A stretch of DNA of 64,000 nt from Malacoraja senta (lineage: Eukaryota), in the NCBI GenBank assembly GCA_038087875.1, contig JAXLNO010000050.1, forward strand, positions 62,001-126,000, in the 5' to 3' direction. Below the pieces are notes generated by a model. The model made no database searches. It saw only the letters and a list, made by a program, of their open reading frames with translations, and had not been told where the DNA came from. The position numbers were made by a program, and so were the translations under genes. Shown piece by piece: positions 50,250 through 61,951 of the stretch; position 1 is the stretch's first letter; every line of letters begins with the position of its first letter.

Positions 50250-50580
50250 CCTGCCATAATTCCGTGCCTGAGTTGAATCACAACTCTGGCCAGATTCCCG
50301 AGCCTGTCTCGAAAGGTGATCCTGACCATAATAATGAGGCTGCCTCGAAAGACAACTCTGGCCAATTTCCGGGCTTATCTCGGAAGGCAATCCTGGCCGT
50401 AATACCGAGTCTGCCTTGAAAGACAACTCTGGCAATAATTCCAATCTTGTTCCGTAAGGCAATCCTGGCCATAACACTGAGCCTGCCTCAAAAGACAACT
50501 CCGGCCATAATTCCGAGCTTGTTCCGTAAGGCAACCCTGGCCATAACACTGAGCCTGCCTCGAAAGACAACTCTGGCCCC
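50250..50580. repeat. 72-bp (2 x 36-bp) tandem repeat inside DIRS-B pol
   Basis: Minus frame repeats the 24-mer PELSFEAGSVLWPGLPYGTSSELW. Confidence 0.85.
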
Positions 50581-52052
50581 AAATCCAAGCCAAGCTTGGT
50601 ACCCTTGTACTGTGCAATAACAACCTAATCTCATACTATCATTCTCATTTGTACAAAAACAATAATAAATATTACCTACTTGTAAATGGTCCACTTACTC
50701 CATGTTTCGAAAGAACCAGACCCACCTACCTCCATGGTTACCGTTGGCCTATGGTAAGCCCAACGGCCCCTGATGTGGGTTCTATTCCCGTCCTTGATTG
50801 GAGAGTAGAAATGGTAGTGTATGTGGATTCCATTTCCTGAGATCGGCTTGGACTTTGGCCTCTACGCAGCTTTCAAGCTGCCACCAGCTTCAGTGAACTG
50901 CTTACTGCCGATGAGGCGTGGGGTGTGTCGTCGCTGATACGATGACGCTTTGTTCGTTGTTGGTACCTTGACCAGCCCGACAGCTTTAGCTTCCTCATCC
51001 AGGTATACCTGTTGGATAAGTCTTACCTGAAGAGAAGATTCGGCGACTGGTTTCATTTCCTCCAATGTCACCCTGATAGCGCTGTTCACTGCCGGCACTT
51101 GTAGCGTGAGGGGAAACTCTGGCCCCTCCCGGGTTTTCTGCTCACGGCAGTAACCCTTTCGTTTGCGAGTATTTTCTTAGAGCCATATGCATGTGCTCCA
51201 GTATGTTCCACGTACATACTTTGAATTTGAAGTCAGTTACATACTGACCACTCGCACTCCCCTCCACAGAGAGGGAGATTCGTAAGCAGCCCTGACACAG
51301 GTGCTGCCGCAGGCCTCTGAGGATACCTGCATCTGACTCAGTATAAAACTGGCCTCTTGCACTCCCCTCCTCAGAGAGGGAGACATCAAGCAGCCCTGAC
51401 ACAGGTGCCGCTGCCTGCGGGTTATCCATAATACCCGGGCTCAGATAGCTCCCTTTGTTTTTGGAGCATATCTCTTTGGAGAAACCTTTCCAATAGGTGG
51501 GTTAGTTTTCCAAACACACTGCCCATAGGAGGAGAGTCCTCCTAGCCCGACTCATCTGAGTCCAGGGCCCTGACAGACTTTTTAGTGGCTTTTTCTCCCC
51601 CGCGGGGTAGCCAAGGTGCTCACTGCCGGCACCAAGTCTGTAGCCGCTGGCTCTACTGCCAGTGACTCAAAAAAAGGCAAATTTATACCGCCGTCCGCTA
51701 CCCGCACTGCCACGGTATCCGTAGCGGGTTCCCCATGGTCCGTGGCCGGGATTCCCCGAGGTCGCGACCGGGATTCCCTGCCGTCCGTGACAGGGGTTCC
51801 CCGCGGTCCTAAAGGTTTCCCCGCGGCCCGTCCGGACTTCACCCCGAATCCAGCAGGCAAGCTCTGCAAGGAGCTTCCTGAACACAAAACACAAACCCTA
51901 GAAATGAAGTTTTAAACTTACCTTTAGATTTAAACTTGCCGCTGGCAGGAGCAGCTCGCCTGCCAGTCAGCCGTTGCGCAATGCGCCAGACGTAATGACG
52001 CGCATGCGAGTTGACGGCCTTCTTCACTGAATCACTCACGGACTCCGAAGTA

Positions 52053-52528
52053 AAATCCTCTTGTTATGAAGGTCAACATTCCATTACTTTCGTCAATGCC
52101 TGCTGTACCTGCACGGCAACTATCAGTGACCGGTGTACAAGGACGCCCAGGTTTCGCTGCACCTCCCCCTTACCTAACCTAACCCCATTGAGATAATAAT
52201 CTGCCCCCTTGTTTTTGCCGCCAGTGGATAACCTCACATTTATCTATATTAAACTGCATCTATCACGCATCTGCCCACTCACTCAACCTGTCCAGGTCAC
52301 CCTGCAACCTCCTAACATCCTCTTCACTGTTCTCTCTGCCACCCAGCTTTGTGTCATCCGCAAACTTGCTAGTGTTGCTCCTAATTCCCTCTTCCAAATC
52401 ATTAATATATATGGTAAATAGTTGCGGCCCCAACACCGAGCCTTGCGGCACTGCTTGCCATTCTGAAAAGGACCCGTTCACTCCTACTCTTGGCTTCCTG
52501 CCTGCCAACCAATTCTCTATCCATGTCA
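52053..52528 (-). mobile_element. CR1 RT fragment, continued at 47022-47067 beyond DIRS-B
   Basis: VPQGSVLGPQLFTIYINDL...KFADDTKLGG. Confidence 0.9.
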
Positions 52529-53724
52529 AGGAAATTGGTTATTTCTAGAACCCGTGGGAAATATTCTCCATTGACGTAGTGAAGTCCAATATTATCTATT
52601 TTTTAAACGTTGTCCAAACTCTTTTTATATTCATTGAAAATGTATTTACTATAGCACTAAATTTCCACTCTCCTGTTATTTAATTCCCCTAATTAGGAAA
52701 TTATAGGCGTTTTATTTAAAAAATGTCTCCAGAAGCAAGAGACCATGACAAAAAGGACATGGATCAGAATTTAAAGCATAGGGTGTTCTCAACTCTGATT
52801 TGAAATCAGCAGAAAATTCACAACGTATTTGTCTTTCTGGGCCAAAGAGCAAGTGTGACTTTAATTGGATGTGTTTATCAGGGAGTGGATATTGTCCTTG
52901 GGGATTATATCAATGCCCTCCTGAAATGCTATACAGGAAAACAAAATGTCTCCTCAAAGATGTTTAATTCTTTTTGCATCACTCACACATGCACGAGTCC
53001 CCATATTTTGGTACAGTTTACAAAAAGACTAAAGTCCAGTCCACGCACACGCTCGATGTACTGGAGAGGCTTCAGATCCAGGTAAGCCCCAGGCTTACCT
53101 CCTCCATCACCCTCGACCGGCTCGGCCCGTGAACCAACGTCCCTCTCCTCACCCGAGTGCCTGTGTCCCGGGGATGCCTCCTGCAGCCGGCCTTGAAAGT
53201 GCTGGAGGCAATACCCTGGTCCCTCTCCTCGTGTCCGTCATCACCAGCGGCTCCCTCCTCCACGACTCAACTCGGGCTGAGCTTGGCGACTTCCCAGCTT
53301 CCCCCTGCAGGCCGTACTGTGCCTCATGGTGTTAGACTTGGGGCCACAAATGCATGCTTCTGCATCATGCATGTTCCATTTGTGCAATAACTAGCCACAT
53401 TGTCCTTGGTTTGTACAAATTCCCACAACATCTGACCCCTGTCTGCAAGGCTTGGGATTTCCCCCCCACAATAATGTTGTTGCTTAAAGCCTTTGTGAGA
53501 TAAATATCAGAATTTTAGTTAATTAGGTCAATAGAAGCCCTTGCTTCTCCTTTCAGCATATTCACGTGGCAATCTAATCAAAGCCAGAGATCTCTGCTGC
53601 CGAGAAATAACAAGATATTTGTTCTCCATGTCAGATGTGTCTCATTTTCTTCCATCTGAACGACATGTCATGTCTCTGCTGTTAACTCAACCACCATGAA
53701 TTGAAGTCTATGATGTAGTTATAA

Positions 53725-54442
53725 AAGGCCTGTCCCACGTAGGCGACTTTTTAGGCGAGTGCAGGAGACTCTGCACTTGCCACATGATCGCCACATGTTC
53801 ACTGGTGGTCTCTGGTGAGTCTCCTTCATGGTCACGAGGAGTTCCCGCATTCTGGGATCTAGTTGTGGGCTCAGTATGGTCGCCGCAAATTTTTCATGGA
53901 GAAATTCGATAATCCTGCAGTCGTAGGTGCAGTTGGAGTTGGGTGGCCATGTAGTTATGGGTAGTAGATGTAGTCATAGGTAGTTTTAGTTAATCGCCTT
54001 TGCTAACCGAATATTTTCATTGGCTCATTGGGGGGAAAAACGTAAGCACGAGTTTTCAGAACCAAGGATAACCGACCGGTAATGTTAACAGCTGTGTATC
54101 TCTGGCTTATTAAAAGTTGTCCGGCTGCTTAAAAGTTGTCTCCTGCTCCCCCCTTCTCCCCTCCCCCCCTCTTTTAAAGGACTTACCGTACACTGTGCTA
54201 GCCGTCTTAACCTTCCTGTTCATCGCGGTGTGTGTCTGTATCACCTTGGCTTTACACCGTGTGAATTTCAGACAGCGCTCCCCCCGCCTTCCCTGGCCCC
54301 CGCCTTTGCGATGTGTTTTTGTGTGTATGTGTGTGTTACACTCTGACAGTCGCCGTTCCAGTTGCCGGTTTATCAGGCGAGTGCCGCGAACTTGACAGTC
54401 ACTGGCATTCCGCTGAAAAATCGCCAAAGTGGGACAGGCCCT
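53725..54442. mobile_element. PIF/Harbinger-type non-autonomous element (MITE)
   Basis: Imperfect TIRs A(A/G)GGCCTGTCCCAC..GGCGA(C/T)TTTT at both ends, flanked by a TAA 3-bp TSD (53722-53724 and 54443-54445). Confidence 0.8.
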
Positions 54443-55144
54443 TAAGCATTTTTGTGGCAACTTTGTGAATAGGGAGTTAATTTTGCATTTCACAAACAAA
54501 TTATGTGTCCATACGCTTACCTTTGTGCAGCTATTGTCAGCTTGAGCCATATCTAGTGTTGCAAGAGTGCCAGAGAATCTGTGAAATTCATTGCCACAGA
54601 CGGCTGTGGAGGCCGTCAATGGATATTTTTATGGAGGAGATTCATAGGTGCTTGATTAGTGCAGGTGTCAGGGATTATGGGGAGAAGGCAGGAGAAGGGG
54701 GTTGAGAGGGAAAGATAGATCAGCCACGATTGAAAGGCGGAGTAGACTTGATGGGCCGAATTCCACTCCTACAACTAATGAACTTATTGCAAACACTGAC
54801 AAAGCCGAGTCCAAGATGAAGACACAGGGCTTGGTAGCGTAGTGTCAAGCAAACAACCTCTCCCTCAAGATAGACACAAAAAGCTGGAGTAACTCAGCGG
54901 GTCAGACACCATCTCTGGAGAAAAGGAATAGCAGACGTTTCAGGTTGAGACCCGACACATCACCTATTTCCTTTTCTCCAGAGATGCTCCATGACCCACT
55001 GAGTTACTCCAGCTTTTTGTGTCTATCTGCGGTTTAAACAAGCATCTGCAGTTCCCTCCTACACACAACCTCTCCCTCCATGTCAGCAAAATGAAACTGG
55101 TCGTCAACTTCAGGAAGTAGAGTGCAGTACACCCTCTAGTCCAA

Positions 55145-55311
55145 GGGTTCCCAACCTGGGGTAAATTTGCCCCAGGGATAAATTTCACCTACCCAGGGGA
55201 TACATTTGTTCATTCTGGAGTTGTACATATTTTTTCTCATTGACTGACTGTGTTTGGTTCCGGTTCATCAACAGCTGTTCACAAATAAGTGAAATAACAT
55301 TGTTATGTGCT
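55145..55311 (+). mobile_element. hAT/Charlie-like MITE left end, cut by DIRS-C
   Basis: Begins near CAAGGGTTCCCAACC, resembling a hAT-Charlie TIR. No right end found. Confidence 0.4.
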
Positions 55312-56220
55312 ATTTTACTTCGGAGTCATGTGAGTGATTCCGTGAAGCAGTCCCGCCAGTCCGCATGCGCGTCATTACACCTGACGCATGGCGCAGCGAC
55401 CGGCTGGGAGGTGCATCGCTCCTCTAGCGGTAAGTTTAAAAACCTCAGGTAAGTGTAAAACTTAGTCGGAGGTCGCTTTCTGTGTTGGAATAATTCTTGT
55501 TTCAGGATCAAGTCTTCAACTATGGAGAAAGCGTCTAGGGTGAAGTCGAGGCGAGCCGCTGGGAAAGCTATGGAAGACCGCGGGAATGCGGTTAGCGGGC
55601 GGCCGCCTAGTTCACCTAATCAGTCGCTAGCGGGTCGACCAGCGACTGCAGACTTGGTGCCTCAGAGCACCGTGGCCGCGCCATTGGGGCGCAAGGCCGC
55701 TAGAAATTCTGCACGGCCCACAGACTAGGATGAGTCAGGCCAGGAGGGTTCCCCTCCGGGAATGGATACCGGTTTTGCACGGTTGTCCAAAATGGAACTC
55801 CTAATGGAGAGGATGCTCCGTCAAGATACACTCCGGCAGGAGGAGTTGTGTCTGGGCCGGCTTACGGGAGTGCCCGCGCCAGCAGCGCCTGAAACAGAGC
55901 GCCTTAATCGCTCCCTCTTGGAGGAGGAGAGCTTAACGGGTCAGTTTGATTCTGACGTCGAGTCTGTGGGTATAGCTGTGGAGCATACCCCAAGGGATGT
56001 AGGGCACGAGCCAGAAGTACCATTCCTGGCAGCAAGATTTGCCATCCCAAGAGAGTCAGGAGAGCCGCTGGGTGATGAATTGGCTGCAACCATAAACTAT
56101 CTGGCTTCACATCAGCTGCAAGAGCTGACTATGGATGAAGCAGCCAAAAAATATGACACCCCGGCTAACTGTGTGCTGCTTAAAGTACCGGCGGTAAATC
56201 ACGCTATATGGGGCCATATG
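55312..56220 (+). mobile_element. DIRS1-like retrotransposon (DIRS-C), left ITR and partial gag only
   Basis: Starts TTTTACTTCGGAGTCATGTGAGTGATTCCGTGAAG, as in the DIRS-B left end. Gag ATINYLASHQLQE...VPAVNHAIWG is homologous to DIRS-A. Confidence 0.88.
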
Positions 56221-59200
56221 GGCTGGACTAAAGAAGACAAGGAGTCCACCAAGGGCATCCAGAGTCAAGGTTCAATTCTCCAAGAAGTGCTGGAGATGTG
56301 GCGGCAGCCATGAGCCAGCGACGTGTAAATTTAGAGATGGTAGGTGCTTCAGGTGCTCGGGAACGGGTCACACCAAAAGCCAGTGTGATGCTATTAGAGC
56401 TTACCAACAGAGGAGGAGACAATTAGAGAAAAAGCAAACCACTAGGAAGCCCGCTGAGCCACTTGGAAGATGAATCGATCAACAATTTAACAAACTCTGA
56501 CCCGTATACAGCCACTGTGATAGTGAACGGCAGGGAGGTACAACTAGAAGTTGACACTGGAGATCCATGGACTATCGTACCAGAAAAAGTCTTCAGAAAA
56601 CTCGGTCAGGACCCCGAGCCTACAGTTCATCCAGGGCTAACCTCAAGAGGGGAATCAAGAAGGCCAAGCACTGCCATAAGCTCAGGATTGAGGAGCACTT
56701 CAACAACACCTCCGACCCCCGACGCATGTGGCAAGGCATCCAGGCCATCACGGACTTTAGACCCACCAACACCACCCCCACATCGAGCAACGCCTCCTTC
56801 CTTGAGGAGCTCAACCACTTCTATGGCCGCTTCGATAGGGACAATCTAAGAGATGGCCATCAAGCCGGTGCTCCCTGCCGATCACCAGCCCCTCACACTC
56901 ACCCCCTACGACGTGTACGTGGCACTGAGTAGGACTAATGCACGTAAGGCTGGTGGCCCTGACGGCATCCCCGGGCGCGTCCTCAGGGCATGTGCTGCGC
57001 AGCTGACAGACGTCTGGACTGACATCTTCAACCTGTCACTTGCCCAAGCAGTTGTGCCCACGTGCCTTAAATCCACTTCCATCGTGCCGATGCCAAAACA
57101 CTCCACTGCGGCAAGCCTCAACGACTTCCGCCCAGTTGCACTTACTCCCATCATCGCCAAGTGCTTCGAGAGGCTGGTCCTGGCACACCTCAAAGGCTGC
57201 CTACTCCCTACATTGGATCCCTATCAGTTTGCGTACCGCAAGAACAGGAGTACGGAGGATGCCATCTCAACGGCACTTCACTCCGCCCTCTCCCACCTCG
57301 ACAACAGAGACACTTACATAAGAATGCTGTTCATCGATTACAGCTCAGCATTCAACACCATCATACCCTCTAAACTGATCACCAAACTCGGTGACCTGGG
57401 CATCGACCCCTCCCTCTGCAACTGGATACTGGACTTTTTAACCAACAGACCCCAGTCTGTTAGGTTAGACAAGAACACCTCTTCAACCCTCACCCTGAAC
57501 ACCGGCGTTCCACAGGGCTGTGTGCTGAGCCCCCTCCTCTATTCCCTCTTCACCTAGGACTGCACACCTGTACATGGTACTAACACCATCATCAAGTATG
57601 CAGATGATACAACGGTGATTGGCCTCTTCAGCAACAACAATGAGTCAGCCTATAGGGAGGTGGTCCAGCTCATAGCAGCATAGTGCGCTGACAACAACCT
57701 GACCCGTAACTCCAAGAAGACCAAGGAGCTCATTGTAGACTTCAGGAAGTCTAGGGGCGGCACGCACACCCCCATCCACATTAACGGGACGGAGATGGAA
57801 TGTGATTCCAGCTTCAGGTTCCTGGGGTTCAACATCTCCGATGACCTCTCTTGGACCCACAATACCTCAACTCTGGTCAAGAAGGCTCACCAGCATCTCT
57901 TCTTCCTGAGGAGGCTAAAGAAGGTCCATCTGTCTCCTCAGATTCTGGTGAACTTCTACCGCTGCACCATCGAGAGCATCCTTACCAACTGCATCACAGT
58001 ATGGTATGGCAACTGCTCTGTCTGCGACCGGAAATCACTGCAGAGGGTGCCGAAAATTGCCCAACGCATCACCGGTTCCTCACTCCCCTCCATTGAGTCT
58101 GTCCAAAGCAAGCGTTGTCTGCGAAGGGCACTCAGCATCGCCGAGGACTGCTCTCACCCCAACCACAGACTGTTTACCCTCCTACCATCCGGGAGGCGCT
58201 ACAGGTCTCTCCGTTGCCGGAGCAGCAGGTCCAGGAACAGCTTCTTCCCTGCGGCTGTTACACTACTCAACACTGTACCTCAGTGACTGCCAATCACCCC
58301 CCCCCCGGACACTCCTCCCACCAGGATTTATTAGATTTATTTATTGCTCATATTTATGTCGCACTTCTAGGGAGATGCTAACTGCATTTCGTTGTCTCTG
58401 TACTGTACACTGCACAATGACAATAAAGTTGAATTTGAATCTGAATCTGAGACTAGATCCCTGCAGCCTGAAGCTGAAATCCTACACAGGTGAGAAGATA
58501 GACATTTACGGACAAGCAGAGGTACAGGTACAGCTCGAACCTCACAGGAAGCCAGAAACGCTGACCCTAGTGGTAGTAAAGAAATGTGCAAGCCTAATGG
58601 GGAGAGACTGGTTGAGGAAGTACCCTGGATTACTGTCAAATATGGCCAGGCAGAACACGACGGATTCAAGCCTAAGTCCACCGAGTAGTAAACACAGTTT
58701 GCAAGATGCCATGAGCTCAATACTCAACAAGCACGCCAAGCTGTTTGATAACGGCACCCATGGAGTACAGAAGGGATACCAAGCCAAAGTGTATCCACAA
58801 GACGAAAACAGTGGGGCAAAATTTTACAAGGCAGCCCCTGTTTCATATGCTGCTAGAAAGCAGATTGATGCCGCATTGGATGACTTGTTGCAGGATGGCA
58901 TTATCAAGTGGGTGAAGACAGCAGATTTCGCATCATTGCTGTTACGAAACCGGATGGGAGCATGAGAGTCTGTGGCAATTACAAGCTCACAGCAAATAAG
59001 GTGCTGAAAGCGGAACAGTATCCACTTCCAATGAGGAGCAAAGTTCTCTAAATTAGACCTCTCCCATGCCTATCATCAGATAGAGTTAACCCTGAAGCTC
59101 GGAATTTCACCACAATCAATACACACAAATGTCTCTTCGAGTATACCAGGTTACACTTTGGGATATCCAGCGCACCAGCCATGTTCCAGAGAACAATGGA

Positions 59201-61951
59201 GAGCCTGCTAGTGGATATTCCCATGTGCAAGCCGTATCTTGATGATATCATCATCAGCGGAAGGACGGACGAAGAGCACCTCAGGAACATTGAGACCAGT
59301 GGGTTACATCTGAAGAAGGAGAAGTGTGCACTGATGCAAGAGTCAGTCGACTATCTCAGACATCGACTGAACAAGTATGGTCTTCATCCTCTTCAAGACA
59401 AAGTTGATGCGGTGCGGGAAGCAAAGTGGCCTGTGAACCAAAGCCAACTCCAGGCATACCTCGGCTAACTTGGGTATTACAGGAAGTTTATACCCAACCT
59501 GTCACAGGAGATTGCACCGTTGACTCTAATGCTGAAGGATGAGTACAGATCAGCAGATTCAAAGAGTGGGAGGATATGCAGCAATCCTGATCCCAAGTTC
59601 ACATGGTGAAAGGAACAAGAGCAGGCATTCCAGAGATCGAAGTGTCTTCTTCAGAGTGATAGTGTGCTGACGCATTACGATCCAGCCAAAACAATCTTTC
59701 TCCAAACTGATGCAAGCCCCTATGGCTTTGGTGTTGTGATAAGCCATGTGGATTCAGATGGACAAGCACATCCGATAGCTTTTGCTTCACGCACTTTCAA
59801 GCCCAGCGAAGTAAACGACGCACAATATGAAAAGGAGGGTTTATCCATAACTTCGGAATGAAGAAGTTCCACAAGCAGTTACATGGGAGGTCTTTCACCA
59901 TTGTGACTGATCACCAGCCTCTGATGGGACTCTATGGAGACCATAAGCCCGGCAGGCCAATGGCCTCTGCTCGCGTAGCAAGATACCATATGATTCTGTC
60001 TGCCTACAGTTACAAGATAGTCCATCGAGAAGGCAAGAAACACCAGAATGCAGATGCGTTGTCGCGCTTGCCGATCCACGAAGAGGACTCTTCATGGAAT
60101 CACCCTGAGCTCACGGGGCTTGATGAAGCACCAGACACGCATCAACTTGCTCTCCGATCTGGACACACGCCCTGTTGATGCACAGGAAGTGAAGAGAGGC
60201 ACCAAGAAGGACAGAGTTCTTTCCAAGGTGAAGAACCACATCATGGAAGGATGGCCAAGTGCAAGGAATCTTCCAGAAGAAGTAAAGCCCTTTGTCAGCA
60301 AGAAAGAAGCGCTGTCAGTGGAGGATGACATAATCCTGTGGGGACCACGAGTGGTCATTCCAGATAATCTGGAGATGAGGACTAGAATCCTTGAAGAACT
60401 GCATAGCACACACCCTGGCATCGTGAAAATGAAGGCATTGGCAAGATCATACATCTGGTGGCCAGGAATCAACAAAGAGTTGGAACAACAGGTGAGAAAT
60501 TGTCCAAGCATCAGCAGAGTCAACATAGTCCAGTTGCAGCCCAGATCCATCCATGGGAGTTTCCTGAGAGACTGTGGAGTAGGATTCACTGTGACTATGC
60601 CAGCCTCGACGATAAGAATTTGCTGATTGTGTTCGATGATCATAGCAAATGGATTGAAGCCATTCAGGTGAGACATGCAACAGCAGCAGCAACAGTGATT
60701 GCCCTGAGACGGTTGTTTGCATCTCATGGGTTACCGGAAACGGTGGTGACAGACAACGGTAAGCAGTTTGTGTGTGAAGAATTTGCCAGGTTCCTCAGCA
60801 GCAACAACTGCCACATTCAAACATCATCCAAACACCCGTCCAGCAACGGACTTGCCGAAAGACGTGTACAGAAGGTGAAAGCAGGTGTGAAGAAAGGAAA
60901 AGGATCAAACCTGGAACTAAATCCCCAGAAGTCCTTGTTGACGTATAAAGTCACACCTCAAGAAACGACTGGAAAGTCACCCAGTGAACTGATGTTCAGA
61001 CGAAAGATCCGCACTAAACTAGACAGTCTGCAACCCGATCTCGGCAAATCTGTACGAAGGAAGCAAGCTTCCATGAAACAGGCAGCAGATCGAGGAAGCA
61101 AGGAATGAGTCTTTGAGGTGAATGATCATGTCATGGTCAAGAAATTCACATCAGGTCCTACTTGGCTTTACGGAATGATAGCAGAAGTCATCCGAGAAGT
61201 CATGTACAACGTAAAGTTGAGGGAGGGAAGAGTTGTGCGTCATCATGTAGATCAAATGAGAGCATACTTGCCAAAAGGTGACGGGCACACCAACTTCCAG
61301 CGAAGAGAAGTGGTTCAACCAAGCGAGGAGCCAATGATAGTTCTGCCTACTCCAACTGAAGGTGTAGATTCTGAAAGAACTTCAGAGAGTGACGAACCTC
61401 TAGCCCATAGTGATAACACAACATCACAACACAGAGCCTGATATCTCAGGTCACATGCAAAGTCCAACACAGACAGAGAGAGATGCAGGTCTAATAGAAC
61501 TATAAGAACACTAAAAGATATGAGGATTTTGTGCTTTATAAATGAAAACACATCAAGCAATGTGTCATTTATTTGGTTTGCCACACCACGTATATGGAAG
61601 ATGGGTGGAATATTATGAAAAAAATCATGTGCCAAGTTTACTTTATGTATGTTTATTACAGTTATGATGATCTAATTGTAAGATGACTTTCATAATATGA
61701 CTTGGAGAACAATGTATTATTCAATTATAATTGTGTAAAAGTTCATATACCGTGAAGGTGAAATTGTGTTACCTGCCTCCAAGTTAAAGGGGGAGGAGTG
61801 TTGTGTATGAGAATATGATTCACATGTTTGAGTGACGCGTAATTGTACACATGCGCAGAGACTCAAGATGGTGATCACAATACAACAAGAATGTGAAGTA
61901 CCTGTGTGTCCGAGTCTTGTTTAAGGCCGTTTCCAGCGCAAATACATAACT
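56221..61951 (+). mobile_element. Gypsy LTR retrotransposon lacking 5' LTR (gag knuckles, PR, RT, RNase H, IN, PPT, ~153-bp 3' LTR at 61799-61951)
   Basis: CWRCGGSH..C and CFRCSGTGH..C at ~56289-56387; VDTG protease; YLDD; TDAS; ELHSTHPG...C; VTDNG..SNGLAER. PPT AAAGGGGGAGGAG precedes TGTTGTGTAT...ATACATAAC. Confidence 0.92.
56605..58450 (+). mobile_element. 5'-truncated Rex1/Babar LINE nested in the Gypsy protease region
   Basis: [53 protein letters not shown]; tail CAATAAAG..(TGAATC)n. The Gypsy frame resumes at RLDPCSLKLKSYTG. Confidence 0.9.

Larger units (their letters stand above)
47065..52055 (-). mobile_element. DIRS1-like retrotransposon (DIRS-B), both termini present, coding regions degenerate
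   Basis: ITRs at ~47136-47173 and ~51997-52051, ICR at ~47290-47400. YR remnant VLLSAQRVQ, RNase H remnant VAYVGHMG, gag remnant PAVN. Splits a CR1 at AAA. Confidence 0.92.

Noticed and set aside
53070..53340. GC-rich patch as TADA1 exon 1 or promoter
   Set aside because: No ELEAAKKNL-like peptide in the minus frames; identity unresolved.
58006..58965. 319-aa ORF as a novel gene
   Set aside because: Chance read-through from an off-frame Rex1 3' end into the resumed Gypsy pol frame.
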